From contig JANJGN010000026.1 in the NCBI GenBank assembly GCA_026770705.1, positions 29,574,001-29,638,000 on the forward strand: a stretch of DNA of 64,000 bases, written 5' to 3'. This document shows positions 49,464 through 60,735 of the stretch, piece after piece. The notes under the pieces were generated by a model, which searched no databases, was not told the origin of the DNA, and worked only from the letters and a program-made list of their open reading frames with translations. The DNA comes from Isurus oxyrinchus (Eukaryota). Position 1 is the first letter of the stretch; each line of letters starts with the position of its first letter. A program made the position numbers and the translations under genes.

Positions 49464-49502
49464 AGTTCTGTCGAAGGGTCATGAGGACTCGAAACGTCAA
49501 CT
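49464..49502 (+). ncRNA. Minimal type I hammerhead ribozyme-like motif
   Basis: AGTT CTGTCGA A GGGTC atgag GACTC GAAA CG TC AACT: stem I AGTT/AACT, stem II GGGTC/GACTC, palindromic ACGT stem III. The core has U in place of the conserved A6. Confidence 0.55.
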
Positions 49503-50109
49503 CTTTTCTTCTTCGCCGATGCTGCCAGACCTGCTGAGTTTTTCCAGGTAATTCTGTTTTTGTTTTGGATTTCCAGCATCCGCAGTTTTTTTGTTTTATT
49601 AGCACAGTCTATTACTGTGCGCAGAGTCGCACAGTGAAGGAACTGAGCGAAGCCCTCGGACAATAACTGCTGCATCTTTCTGGGTCACAGCTGCTGTTTG
49701 CTAAGGGTTGCTTATAACAGCGGGTCAGACACTGACACGTGAATCCATTCCGGTGCACGCAGACCCCGAGCACAATCTACATCAACACCATTTAAAATCA
49801 CTCACTTTGAATACTGATTCCGTCTGGTTAGTGTGTTAATTGAGTGAAGTCAGAATTGGCTGTTGTTTGTTTGGGGATCCCTGGAAGCTCGCCACCTGGA
49901 ACCAGATATACCCTTGTACCGCTGTTATGGAAGAACTGAAGGCAAAGGAATAAATAACGTTTGATTTGAAATATTAGTCTATAGGGTAAACAAAGACCAC
50001 TAGGAGAGAACTTTAACTTTAAAGCAACTTATGAATTTTTAAAGTAAGAACGCATAAAATAAACAGGTTCTTATGTTAATCCATCTAATATTACTACTAC
50101 CTCCTCCTT

Positions 50110-50870
50110 CTCCATCACGTTAAGAGCATCTTCGTATTTGGCAAAGGACGATACAAACTATTCGCTCGGTACCTCAGCCCTCTGCCTCCATGCATAAATC
50201 CTTCTATTTTTATCCGTACTGACCATCCATTTTTACCATCTATTTCCAAAGAAAACCTTTTGGTTCTAGTTTTGTTGAGCTGCCAGTCCATTCTCAGACT
50301 TAATGCTTGCTGTTCCTATTTCTTGTTGTCATTTCCCCCTGAAATTTATGTATTCAGGCTGGTTGTTCCTTCTATCATTAATGTGGCATTTTTCATGAGC
50401 ACCCCTTTTCTGATTCATCTGACATTCTGCTTCCTTCGTCATCCAATGGGATCTGGATATGTTAGTCTTACCGTTACCCTTCAGGGGAATGCACCGTGAT
50501 AGAACACAAAGTACCTTCTTTTTAAAGACAGCCAATTGTTTCATTACAGTTTTCCCTTCCAAAGTTTGATTCTAATTTACCTGCGTCAGATTCTTCACAT
50601 CCCATTGAAATTGCCTTCCCAAAATTAATGGTTTATACAATAAATTTCCCATTGTCCTTTTCCAGAACTAACATAATCTGAACGATTATATTATCATTGT
50701 CCCTGAAATTCTACACCACCCCCCTCCACTAACTTAATCCAGTTGACTCACCTTATATCCAAGAAGCAGGTCCAACAATGCCATCTTCTTCATTGAAGCG
50801 GAGATAGACCGACTCGAAAATTGCCCTGAACACATTCTAGAAACCCTTTACCCTCTCTACCTTTTATTAT
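50110..50870 (-). mobile_element. Very old CR1-like fragments
   Basis: Patchy similarity to the 20.1-20.8 kb part of the long CR1. Confidence 0.4.
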
Positions 50871-51874
50871 ATTGCCGTCCCGGGGTGGCTGTGCCATCTA
50901 TATAGATGTTTTCTTTACTCAGACCAAGGACAGTGTGTAGTGTCCTATAGCCTCAGTCCCCTGATATATGTAGCTGATGAATGTCAGAGCCCCTGTGAGT
51001 GTCTGCCTGTACCAGGCTAAGCTGCTTCCAATATCAATGGCGAGCCGGCAGTCCAGTTCAACACGTTATCCTTCCAGAGTCACCACGTGTTCTGAACTCT
51101 GGTCCTCACACTAAAGGCTGCCATCAAAGCAACATTGCTCAAGCGAAACAGGATATAGGATTGACAAATGGGACATCTGATTAGAAAAGTAAACTCACAA
51201 AATGTTATTAGCATCAGGGCTGCAATTAGAAAAAGATCTTTGTGGGAGTTTCTATTCATGAAGATGAAGGTGGTGAAAAGGCGGATCGATAAGGGTCTGA
51301 ATTCCAGACCAGGACTTATTGCTGAGCCCACGACTCTCAATGATGGGAGGAGATGACATCCTTCTCATATAGTGAATGAATGATGGGCGACATTCTAACC
51401 GATTGGCTCCTTATGGGATGTGGTCATCAGACGTCATAGACTTTCACTTGAGGATTGACTTTCTCAAAACAAAGAAAGCTTGATCTGTCGCTAGGATGGA
51501 ATTTCCCTGTCTCTCTTAGCAGTGACCGATCTTATGGTTTGGGAGGACCTCTGTTTTATTTCTAACTCAAATGCTCACCGCCGTCTTCGAATCACAGAAT
51601 TTAACAGCATCATTTGCTCTTCCCCACTCTCTGGCGCCAAACATCAAAATCCTTTGCCCCTTAACTTTTAAAGGCATATTTGCTTCATATTTCCCTCCTT
51701 GACCCTCCAGTTGATATTTACCATGGTGGCCATGCGGCCTCTAGTCACCGTGGTTTTATTGAATGAGATAAATGGAAATGACATTTGTTGATTTTCCTTT
51801 CACTTCAAAATCAAGGCGAATGCTTCCAGTCGGAGGTCTCGCCGGTGGCTTAATGGAGCTGCATGTTTCTCCAT

Positions 51875-52110
51875 TTTGGTGCCAATCCAGGGGGCTGCTT
51901 TGTCCTGGATGGTGTCAAGCTTCTTGAATGCTGTGGGAGCTGCACTCATCCAGGCAAATGGGGAATGTTCCATCACACTCCTGACTTGTGCCCTGTAGAT
52001 GATGGACAGGCTTTGAGGAGTCAGGAGGTGAGTTATTCGTCGCAGGATTCCTAGCCTCTGACCTGCTCTTGCAGCCATGGTATTTATATGGCTAGTCCAG
52101 TTCAGTTTCT
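51875..52110 (-). mobile_element. LINE RT C-terminal fragment
   Basis: AARAGQRLGILRRITHLLTPQSLSIIYRAQVRSVMEHSPFAWMSAAPT. Confidence 0.8.
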
Positions 52111-52244
52111 GGGGCTTTCCTCTTTGTCAAGATTGGCTGGTCTTTCAGAGCTGCCTAAAGATATATACCAACCAGTGCTAGTTGTGGGTTAATTATTGAT
52201 GATTCCAGCCCAAGCTTCTCCTTGCCTAGCTGTGTGAGTAAGAT

Positions 52245-52635
52245 TCTCTGTTTGTCTGTTTGTCTCTCGCTCTCTCTGTCTCTATTGATGCTTCGGTGTC
52301 AATCTATCTCTTCAACTCTTCCTCTATCTCTCTTTGACTCTATATTTGCAGCTCTCTCTCCCTCTCCTGTTCCCCCGCCGCTCCCTCCCCCATCTCTTTC
52401 TCTCTCTCTCCCTCTCTCTCTCTCTATCTCTCTTTTCTCTCACTCCCCATCTTTCTATTTGCCGTGCTGTCACCCATTTTACTTAAGCAGCTGTGTTTCT
52501 CTTGAAATTTCTCTCCGCATTTTTCTTTCAATGCTTCTCCCTTTACATCAGTCTTACTCTCTGTTTAACTCGTAGTATTTCTTTCCCCCTCTCTCTCTCT
52601 ATCTCCCCATCTCATCCCACGCCTCTCTCTTCAGT
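52245..52635. repeat. CT-rich low-complexity tract
   Basis: Direct inspection. Confidence 0.75.
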
Positions 52636-55621
52636 AACATTTGAAGCGTAAAATAACGAAAATCGTTCAGAGTCCCTATCAGCACTGCCACAGTACATGA
52701 GCTCCATTACCAGTCAGAGCTGGAGGAGGTGAGGGGCACGGTTAAGAGAACATGACTGTGCACCGGTGAGATATCTTTGAAAATATAACCTGAAGCCGTT
52801 ACAGAACACCCAAAAATTGGCTTGTGCAGAAACTGATTCTGTTATTCATTCAGAAATCTACAGGTCTCTGTTAACACTATGGGTTGAAGTATCCGAATTT
52901 GACCGTAACTTAAAACGATTGAGAAACTACACTTCTCCTTATTCTGAAGGTGGTGATTTAACCAGGGGAATGCCTTCGGATCAGGATGTATTTTCTCCTT
53001 TATTTTCTATGTAAATTCCCCGGTACTTTTCTGTTGGGTAATTATGCAATAATGGGGGAATATTGTCGGGGAGCCGCAATATCACAGACCAGTGATCAGG
53101 GCAATAACCAAAAATTGGTAGAACCCCAACTCCATGGTGCCAGCCTGAGCTCCAGAATCAGAATCTTTAATCACAGAGGGAAAAAGGAAACTTAAACGTC
53201 GCCGGGATCTCAGCTGTTAAGCGGGAATTTCTTTCCAATTTGCATCTCGTTGAGCAACCACTCCATTCAGCTGGGGATCTTGATCATCATCAAGGGATCA
53301 GAGAGCGCCCTCCGCTGGACAGCACCTGCCTCACCGAGAACATTGGAATTCCGCACTGATTCAAACCGTTAAACACATATTTACACACAAGCGTGCACTG
53401 AGAGATAGCCACAGTAGGTCACCAAACCAGATGTTGCTGTTGTTTTAATTAGTTAAAGTGCAGAAACCATGGAATGGCAATTTACCTCACATCATCACTG
53501 GAGGCTTATTCGTGATTTTGGTGTTATCACTGCCGCATACCAATTTCAAAGTCAAAAAGTACTGGTGGACGAGGGAGCCGTTTGTCCCATCTTAATTTGT
53601 CCTTCCAGACATCCTGACATCCCTACAATTCCGGTTAGTTATTACTAAGGATATTCCATGCGTTCGGACTCTGTCACTTTGTGCGAAGACCTGTTCAACC
53701 AGCATTCACTCTCTGTGCGATCAACAACCATTTGGTAATCGTCCGAAAATGTTGTTTTCGTTTTTCCTCTCAACCCAAACACTTCAAACTGAAGAATCAG
53801 CCTCCTGCATCATCCCTGCACTCCTGCCAAGATTCAACTGCCTTATTCGTGCCTGGCAGCGAGATCTAGAGACAATTCTCATGGAGTATGGTTCCACTAC
53901 AAATTTCTACGTTTTATTTAGGACTTCCTCTGACTTGTGTCCTTGTTGGCTCGAGGTTAAACATCCCATTGGTGTTGTTCACTTCTCTACTGAATTCACT
54001 GCCCACATGGGACATGATTTCAGTGGGACGCACCAAACAAGGCGGGCGACATTTTTGAAGTGTCATGTAGGGAGGTCCAGACGTTGGAGGGTTTGCTTAC
54101 AGACGGACAATAAGGACCAGAATTACCATCGACGCCCGAATGCCGAGGATGTATGTTTTATTGTTAGTTAAACATCATTTTTATAATTTACTCGCACTTC
54201 AAATGAAATCGATAAAAATACAATATCTGCAATATTTGCAATCATGTTCAGCTAATTGTCTCACGTAGCAGTTGCCCCCTCCATTGTAAAATATTTTTTT
54301 AAAAATAGAACATTTCAGCAACTGATATCGATAAACAAATTTACCAGATTACACCCGTAGGTGGCTCATCTGCCGAACTCGGTATATTCCTCAGAGGAGA
54401 GAAGGGGCAATCAGTGACCGTCAGGAGAACACATGTGGTAATGGTCCAAAGTACAACCAAAAATTTCTGTCTCTCTGATACAAAAAAAAACACAAAATGT
54501 AAAATAGATGAAATGCTAAAGGAACTAAAAATTAAATATTAATTTAAAGTATTCATCTAAAGTAAAGGACGAGAAATAATTCAGGATTCAGGTGCTGGAA
54601 GTGGGGAAAAAGATGTTGGTTGCTTTAAAGAGCTAAATAATCTGAAGCTGTAAGCAGGGATGCGGAATGTAAAACACAAGAAGACAAGGATAAAGCTGCA
54701 CATATTATTGTTGAGAACACAGCTCAAGCACTTGGACCACTTTTAGGACTCTTTCACTTGCTGTTAACTTCAAAGTCAGAGTGTGGGACAGACTGAGAAA
54801 GTTGAATCAGAGGAGAGCAGAAGGTGATAATCCAAATACCTGAGCAACTTTTCACTATGAGAGGTAATATTAAGAAGAGGTCTGACAGAACTGTGACCAA
54901 TCAAGGAAGGTTCAAAAGGTTAAAAAGAAACAGAGTTAATCCAACTGTTCACTCAGTAGTCAGTGGATGGCGTGATTTATCGCCATTATAACGGAAAATG
55001 TTTTTCTATTTTGAGCAGTGGACTGTTAGAGAATATGATGGTTCATGAGAAATGGCGACTGAGGCAGAATTTATAAGTAATTTTTAAAGACAACTGAATA
55101 AATATTTGACCAGTAAAAGGAAATTTAAAAAGACAAATATGCAGACCCCAGGCAGATAATTAAGAATAAATGGATGAGTCTTTCAGAGAGCCAGCACATA
55201 GTGGGCCAAATTGCCTCTCTTTGTGCTTTGAAACTCTATGATTATAACATGGCGAAAGGCTCTTTTCAGTTTGAAAGACAACAGAGAACAAATCTTATGA
55301 AATGATTTAACCCGTTGATACACCAGAAGCAGAGAACTTCGTGAGCGGTGACAGTTCAAGTGGCCTCTGGTTTGAGAAACCACCAATCGCTCAGTGGCAC
55401 TGTGAGTAACGTCAGATAACGACATCTCATAACAGCCCAATCGGTGAGAATGTAGCCCATCAGTTTCCCACTCTACGAGGAGAATGTGAAGCTCTCCCCT
55501 CTCTTCCTCCACATCATTGAGAGTCCTGGACTCGGCAGCAAACCTCAGTCTCGAAATCCGACTCTGATTGATCCTCCTTTTGTCCATCTTCATCGTCATG
55601 GATAGAAAACCCCACAAATAC

Positions 55622-56032
55622 ATGTTTCCAGTTGGAGCCCTGTTGCTGTTGTTATTGTGGTAGTTTATTTATCTTATCAGAGGTATTATTTTAACAATCT
55701 CTTAATACCGTGTGGTAGTTGAGTGACCTCGTTTTGTTCACTGCCGTTCAGTGTGAGGATCAGAGCTCCTACCCTGAGCAGGTGCTGTAGCGGGAAGGGG
55801 AACGGATTGAACAGGGTTATCAGCTCTCGGTTGAATTTGGTTATTCTGTAGCCTGGTACAGACAAACACCGACAGGGGCTGCGAAACGTATCGCCTCCAT
55901 TCACCAGGGGAATATGGCCTAAGGGCGTTACACATTTTCCTTTGACCGAGCGAAGACGCTCAATACCATGTCTAGAGATAACACTGAGGCCCAGGGCATC
56001 AGACTTCATTATTGTGCGACAGCGTCACAGTG
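55622..56032 (+). pseudogene. V pseudogene with heptamer only
   Basis: Leader-like MFPVGALLLLLL. Exon reads CEDQSSYPEQVL*REGERIEQGYQ...VAWYRQTPTG...*GRYTFSFDRAKT...LHYCATA. CACAGTG at 56026, no nonamer. Confidence 0.72.
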
Positions 56033-56339
56033 AGGCAAAGGCGGATTCTGCTATCCAATCTGTCTTGTTAACCGCCGTGTGTCGGCTGCACCATTAACCT
56101 TTCCCCAAGCCAGGGCCTTTAGAAAGGCTGGCGATATTCAGAAATGTTACGTCCCCATATGTAAACTTAAAGTTACAACATCCTATAGCTGGCGTTACAG
56201 ATGCAGATTATTGAAACATATTAAGTAAAATGTTCTAAGTGGTTGTTCAACAACCAAGGTGTATAGATGGACAGAAAAACAACTCTCGCTCTCAGATACT
56301 TAGATAGAGATGCGAGAGAAAGATCAATAAACAAGGGAA

Positions 56340-56522
56340 TAAGCATATGGACAGACAGCTGGATAGGTAGATAGATAGACAGACATAAAGAGAGACAGAG
56401 GGACAGGCAGAAAGGCAGACGAATAGATTGATAGATAGGTGGATAGATAGGTGTATAGACAGGCAGATAGATGGATGGATAGCTAGATAGATAGATAGAT
56501 AGATAGAAAGATAGATAGATAG
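56340..56522. repeat. (GATA)n/(GACA)n microsatellite
   Basis: Direct inspection. Confidence 0.85.
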
Positions 56523-56594
56523 CTCATTTTATATTGCCGAAATCCGCAGGCACTTCATTTAATTCTGCTTTCATATATCATGAAATTAATTTGA

Positions 56595-56890
56595 TTCTTG
56601 TTTTGGAAGCTGCTCTTTGTCACTCGGAGACATTTCAGATATCGATGTATCGGAGAACTTTCGGGTCAGAACTCGCATTGAGGTACTGGAAATTCTCCAG
56701 TTAAGCTCCCGAGTATCTTGTCTTCACATACAGAGATGAAAGAGTTGGGAGAAGGTTTAACGTATCTGTGATCCGTGAAATAGTCTCCACCGCTCTCACT
56801 GTTAACACGGTTCAGCTGTCAGGCCCTACCGCATGTTACAGAGCAGTGAGTCATCGTGAAACGCAGAGCCAAGGAGCATATATGAGAACT
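56595..56890 (+). pseudogene. Decayed V pseudogene (paralog of 43180-43510)
   Basis: APEYLVFTYRDERVGRRFNVSVIREIVSTALTVNTVQLSGPTACYRAVS, then RSS-like CATCGTG, 23 bp, ATGAGAACT. Confidence 0.6.
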
Positions 56891-59099
56891 TACTGGGCAT
56901 GGAGACTGAGGAATCAACAAGTCCCGGGCTTCAGAAGTGAGAGATACACAAGTAAAAGTCTTTAGAAATATAATTTAGATGGGCAAATGCATCATCTGTG
57001 CAATTTGATACAACAAAATATTATTTCGAATTATTTAGAAGTTACAAGTTCATTTATTTCACAATTTTGCGCATAATCGACGCTCATCGAACCAGACTCT
57101 CTCTGCATTTCATTTGTGCTGGAGTTGCACTAGGAGTATGGTACAGTCTAGAGGTTGATTCGGCCTGTAGTTGATCCCTGTTCTATCTGCTCTGTAATTG
57201 TTTGTGAGACAGTGCAGAGTACTGACTCGGGATAAGAGTGGTTGAGCAGTGTAAAAGGAGCTTTTTTGTATCATAACTGTTTAATACCTGTCCTGACAGT
57301 GTTTCATAGCATAGTGTAGAGGGAGAATTTATCGGTTGAGTAACCAATGATGATCCTGAGTGTAATGCTAGGCTGGTGAGCAGCACTGACACCTGAACAT
57401 AGATACACAAACATACACAAACACAGAAATAGCAAAATACCTATCACACGTGATTGATCGATCTATTCAATTTTGATTTGTGACCACCTTTGATTCTTAA
57501 GGAATTGGGAAGGTTTTTTTTTACGAAATTGGAATCTAAATAATATAACGGTGGAAATATACAATATAAATATAATGGTGGAATTATTAATGTGAATGCA
57601 AATGAGCATGTATTGTGTTAATTTATTTAGCACACAAGAGAACTGAGACAATTAATCTCACTATTTGTGCAAACAAGCAATGGCAGCGAATGGAAAAGAC
57701 TAAGGAGGGAAGCTATGTTAATAGTAAAATCAAAATAATAGCATTCATTGCAACCTCTCGTAATAATAATTCAGCAAAATCATGCTGCAATATTCGGGTC
57801 GAAATTCAGTCATTGCTTTCCGCAGGTTTCCACTGGAAGGCACTCCAACACTTCAGCTTTGGCCAAAACTTACAAACCGTCAGTTTACTGGTGCCATGGA
57901 CATAACAGGAAATACCTCTGTTCCGTGACACTTCACTTCATACAAAGGTACATTCAGGGCAAGAACTTATACGTAATTTGCAGGTGCTGTGGCAAAGGAG
58001 GGTTAGACAGTGAGCTCTGGGAACCATTGTATTTCATGGTCCAATGGCACCGGGTAGTCTGAAGAAAAGGACTCACAAACCCTTCATTCAGATTGGTTTC
58101 TCAATGATTCATAAACAAATGTTAAGACATTCTGATCATTTTGTACCGTAATTAAATTTTTATTATTGGGTACGAATCGAAGTTTTCCAGGAACTACCTG
58201 GATACCACCATTCCTTTATTCCCGATAGTCTCGGATTGACAAAACCTCCTGACAAATAATTGTACATTCCCACCTTCCTCTGTGTAAATAACATTCCCTG
58301 CATTACAATATCGATTATACTTGAAAACAAATTCAGCCTTGTCACTTTCTGAAATCCTGAGGACGTAATATGTGGTGGAGAAGTTGGGGTGAGTCTTTTC
58401 ACAATCTCCGAGAGGGAAGTGGGATTCGTCCCTCGTTGTGAGCACTGTTTAGGGACAAAATGTGTTGTATGAAAGTATAATCATTCATGCTTGTATTGTG
58501 CTCTACCAATTCCCTGTGTATACATGTGTGTGTGTATGTGTTTATGTGCGTGTGTGAAAATAAACCATGTACGCATGTGTTGCATTATGCATGTTTGCAT
58601 ATTTCGTATGTAGAGTACATGTGTGTACAGAGCACAAAGCACATCATTCAGAGTGATGTTGGTAATATCGCATTAGACCCTGACCCTGCCTTATTTCATA
58701 CCATGCAAGGCAATGCCTTTGTTTATGTCACACAAGATCCGTTTTCAATTATTATTGTACTTGAGTGTGTCTCTGTTTACGTAATGCAAGTCCCTGTCTC
58801 AGTTCTCTATGAAGTAGAAAATGTCCCCTTTTATATGATATTAGTTTCCATATCTGTTATTGGCTTATTAGGTCTTGCCCCTATTACATTAAATCACCAC
58901 TTTTTGTGAGATTAGATCTTGTTCTATGATTAGATGAGGACATATTTTGGCTCCGTTCATGTTACACTAGGCTGCTGTTTAGTTCCTGTCACTCTAGGCT
59001 GTACCATGTCACTCTTTATAGTAGACCTGACTATCTCATTGACATTCTGTGTTTCAAACCTCACACATCCATCCACACTCTCTCACCAAACATATAACT

Positions 59100-59650
59100 A
59101 TGCGACTATGGGACTTCGAAACAGGAGTAGGCCATTCAACTCTCAGAGCCTAATCCACCATTCTGTACGTTCATGGATTATCTGCTTGTCGTCTAAACTC
59201 CACGTTTCCGTCTGCTACTTAACTTCATTGTCCATCAAAAATCTGTCTAACTCGTGGTATTAGCACAATGTAACTCATGTATTTATTGCTCACCCTCCAC
59301 TGCTTTCTGGGAAAGAGAATGTCACATACCAACGACTCACTGAGAGAAAAACAAATCTCATCTCCGTCTTAAAGGCAAGCCTCTTATTCTTACAATGTGC
59401 TCTTCCTTCTGGTCACTCCCATTAGTTGAAACATCCTCCCGGTATCCACCCTGTCAAGACTCACCGGCGCCCCGCCCCCACCCTCCCATCCCCATCCCCC
59501 ACTCCCCGCCCTACCCCCCCCCCACCCCACCCCCCGCCCGGCAACCCTCTGCCTCAGGAAGCTATACATTGCAATAACTTCACCTCTCATTCTTGTTATA
59601 TCCACTGGCTACTGATCCAAACTATCAAAGATTTCTTCATTAGATAAGCC
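59100..59650 (-). mobile_element. CR1 3' fragment
   Basis: aggagtaggccattcaa... 3' UTR and degenerate RT end, interrupted by a C-rich tract. Confidence 0.65.
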
Positions 59651-60735
59651 CCTCGTCCCAAACAACGATGGACTGATGGATAAGTTTGAGTGATAAGAAT
59701 GAGATTAAAGATCTGTCGCTGCACAAATTTGCTTTAACGTTTCTCAGAAAGAGAAAGACTGTTCGGGTGGCCTGAGATCGCTGTTCACATCCGTAAGGTA
59801 AAGGAGCAGATCAGTTGGTCGCTGCGTGTATGGCGGGTTTCAGAAAGAGCAACCCAGCTACTTATTGTTACTTGCTCTTAACAAAATTCCCCCTAGTATT
59901 TATTAAATTAAATTTTGAAACCTACGATTCAACGTGCGTCCAGCTCCCTTTCAGGCTGCAGAATCCAAGTCACAATTCACTGCTTAAAAAAACACTTCCC
60001 ATCCCATCACATACTCTGTTTTAAGTGTAAAGGGTAACATGAGTGGAAATTGTCTCCGTGAAGTGCGAGAAAGAAAGAAAGATGAAATAATGAAAAAAGT
60101 GAAAGAAAGAATGAATGAAAGTAAAAAAGAATAAAAGGGAGGAAGAAAGGCAGGAAGAAAGATAGATCAAGAAATATGCAAAGAAAGATGGAAAGAAGCG
60201 ACCTCAGGATTTCCCAAACTGCTTTGCCGCCAATTAAGTCTTCCCCCAGTGTGATGTGGGAAACACGTCAGCAAATGTGCACAGAGCAAGCTTCCACAAA
60301 CGTAATTGGAAAACTCATCAGATCGCTGGTTAAAGTCATGTTAAATGAGGGACAATTATTGTAACAACCCGGGGAAAGCTTTTCCTGCTCATTTTTGAAA
60401 TTGCGACAGTGGGGTATTGACGTTCCACCTGTGAGGGCAGATACTCAGCGTGGCTTAGTACCACATCCAGAAAAGTAGAAAATGCGATAGTTCAACCTTC
60501 ATTCAGTGCCACAGGCGTACTTTCAGCACTGGAGTATGGACCTGACATCTCTCAAGTAAGGGAGCTACAGCTCAGGATATTCATGTTTTAGAGAAAGAGG
60601 GCGACAGAGAGAGGGAGGGGGTGGTGAGCGAGGGGGAGAGAGAGAGAGAGGGAGACAGAGGAAGAGAGAAGGTGTGTGGGTGGTGGGTGGGGTATGGAGT
60701 GCTGCTACAAAATGAACTACTGTGATGCAGGTGAA

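Larger units (their letters stand above)
46726..49600 (-). mobile_element. Penelope-like retroelement, 5'-truncated, with 350-bp inverted terminal arms and 13-bp TSD
   Basis: ORF 47183-48790: RT (FYLLPKIHK, MDVQSLYTSI, GVAMGT, RYIDD) plus GIY-YIG endonuclease (LVYCIRC...LYLGET). Arms 46726-47075 and 49187-49536. TSD AGCACAGTCTATT at 46713-46725 and 49601-49613. Confidence 0.95.
45686..49668 (+). pseudogene. TCR V pseudogene split by a Penelope-like insertion
   Basis: Leader 45686-45731 MRISVLAVIWVTFAV G|GCAAG. Exon from 46456 reads DMSDGDSVTQ...VTFTCTYTDDAD*LFWY...LPDSTVY [insertion] YCAQS. RSS CACAGTG 49630, 23 bp, ACAATAACT 49660. Confidence 0.88.

Noticed and set aside
53235-53720. Octamer ATTTGCAT near a CTCF-like site and a faintly V-like stretch (QSQKVLVDEGA)
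   Set aside because: No WY or YYC motif and no RSS; the octamer alone can occur by chance.
57780-58450. Weak V-like peptides (SVYWCH; VLTTRDESH)
   Set aside because: Too fragmentary to support a call without an HMM search.
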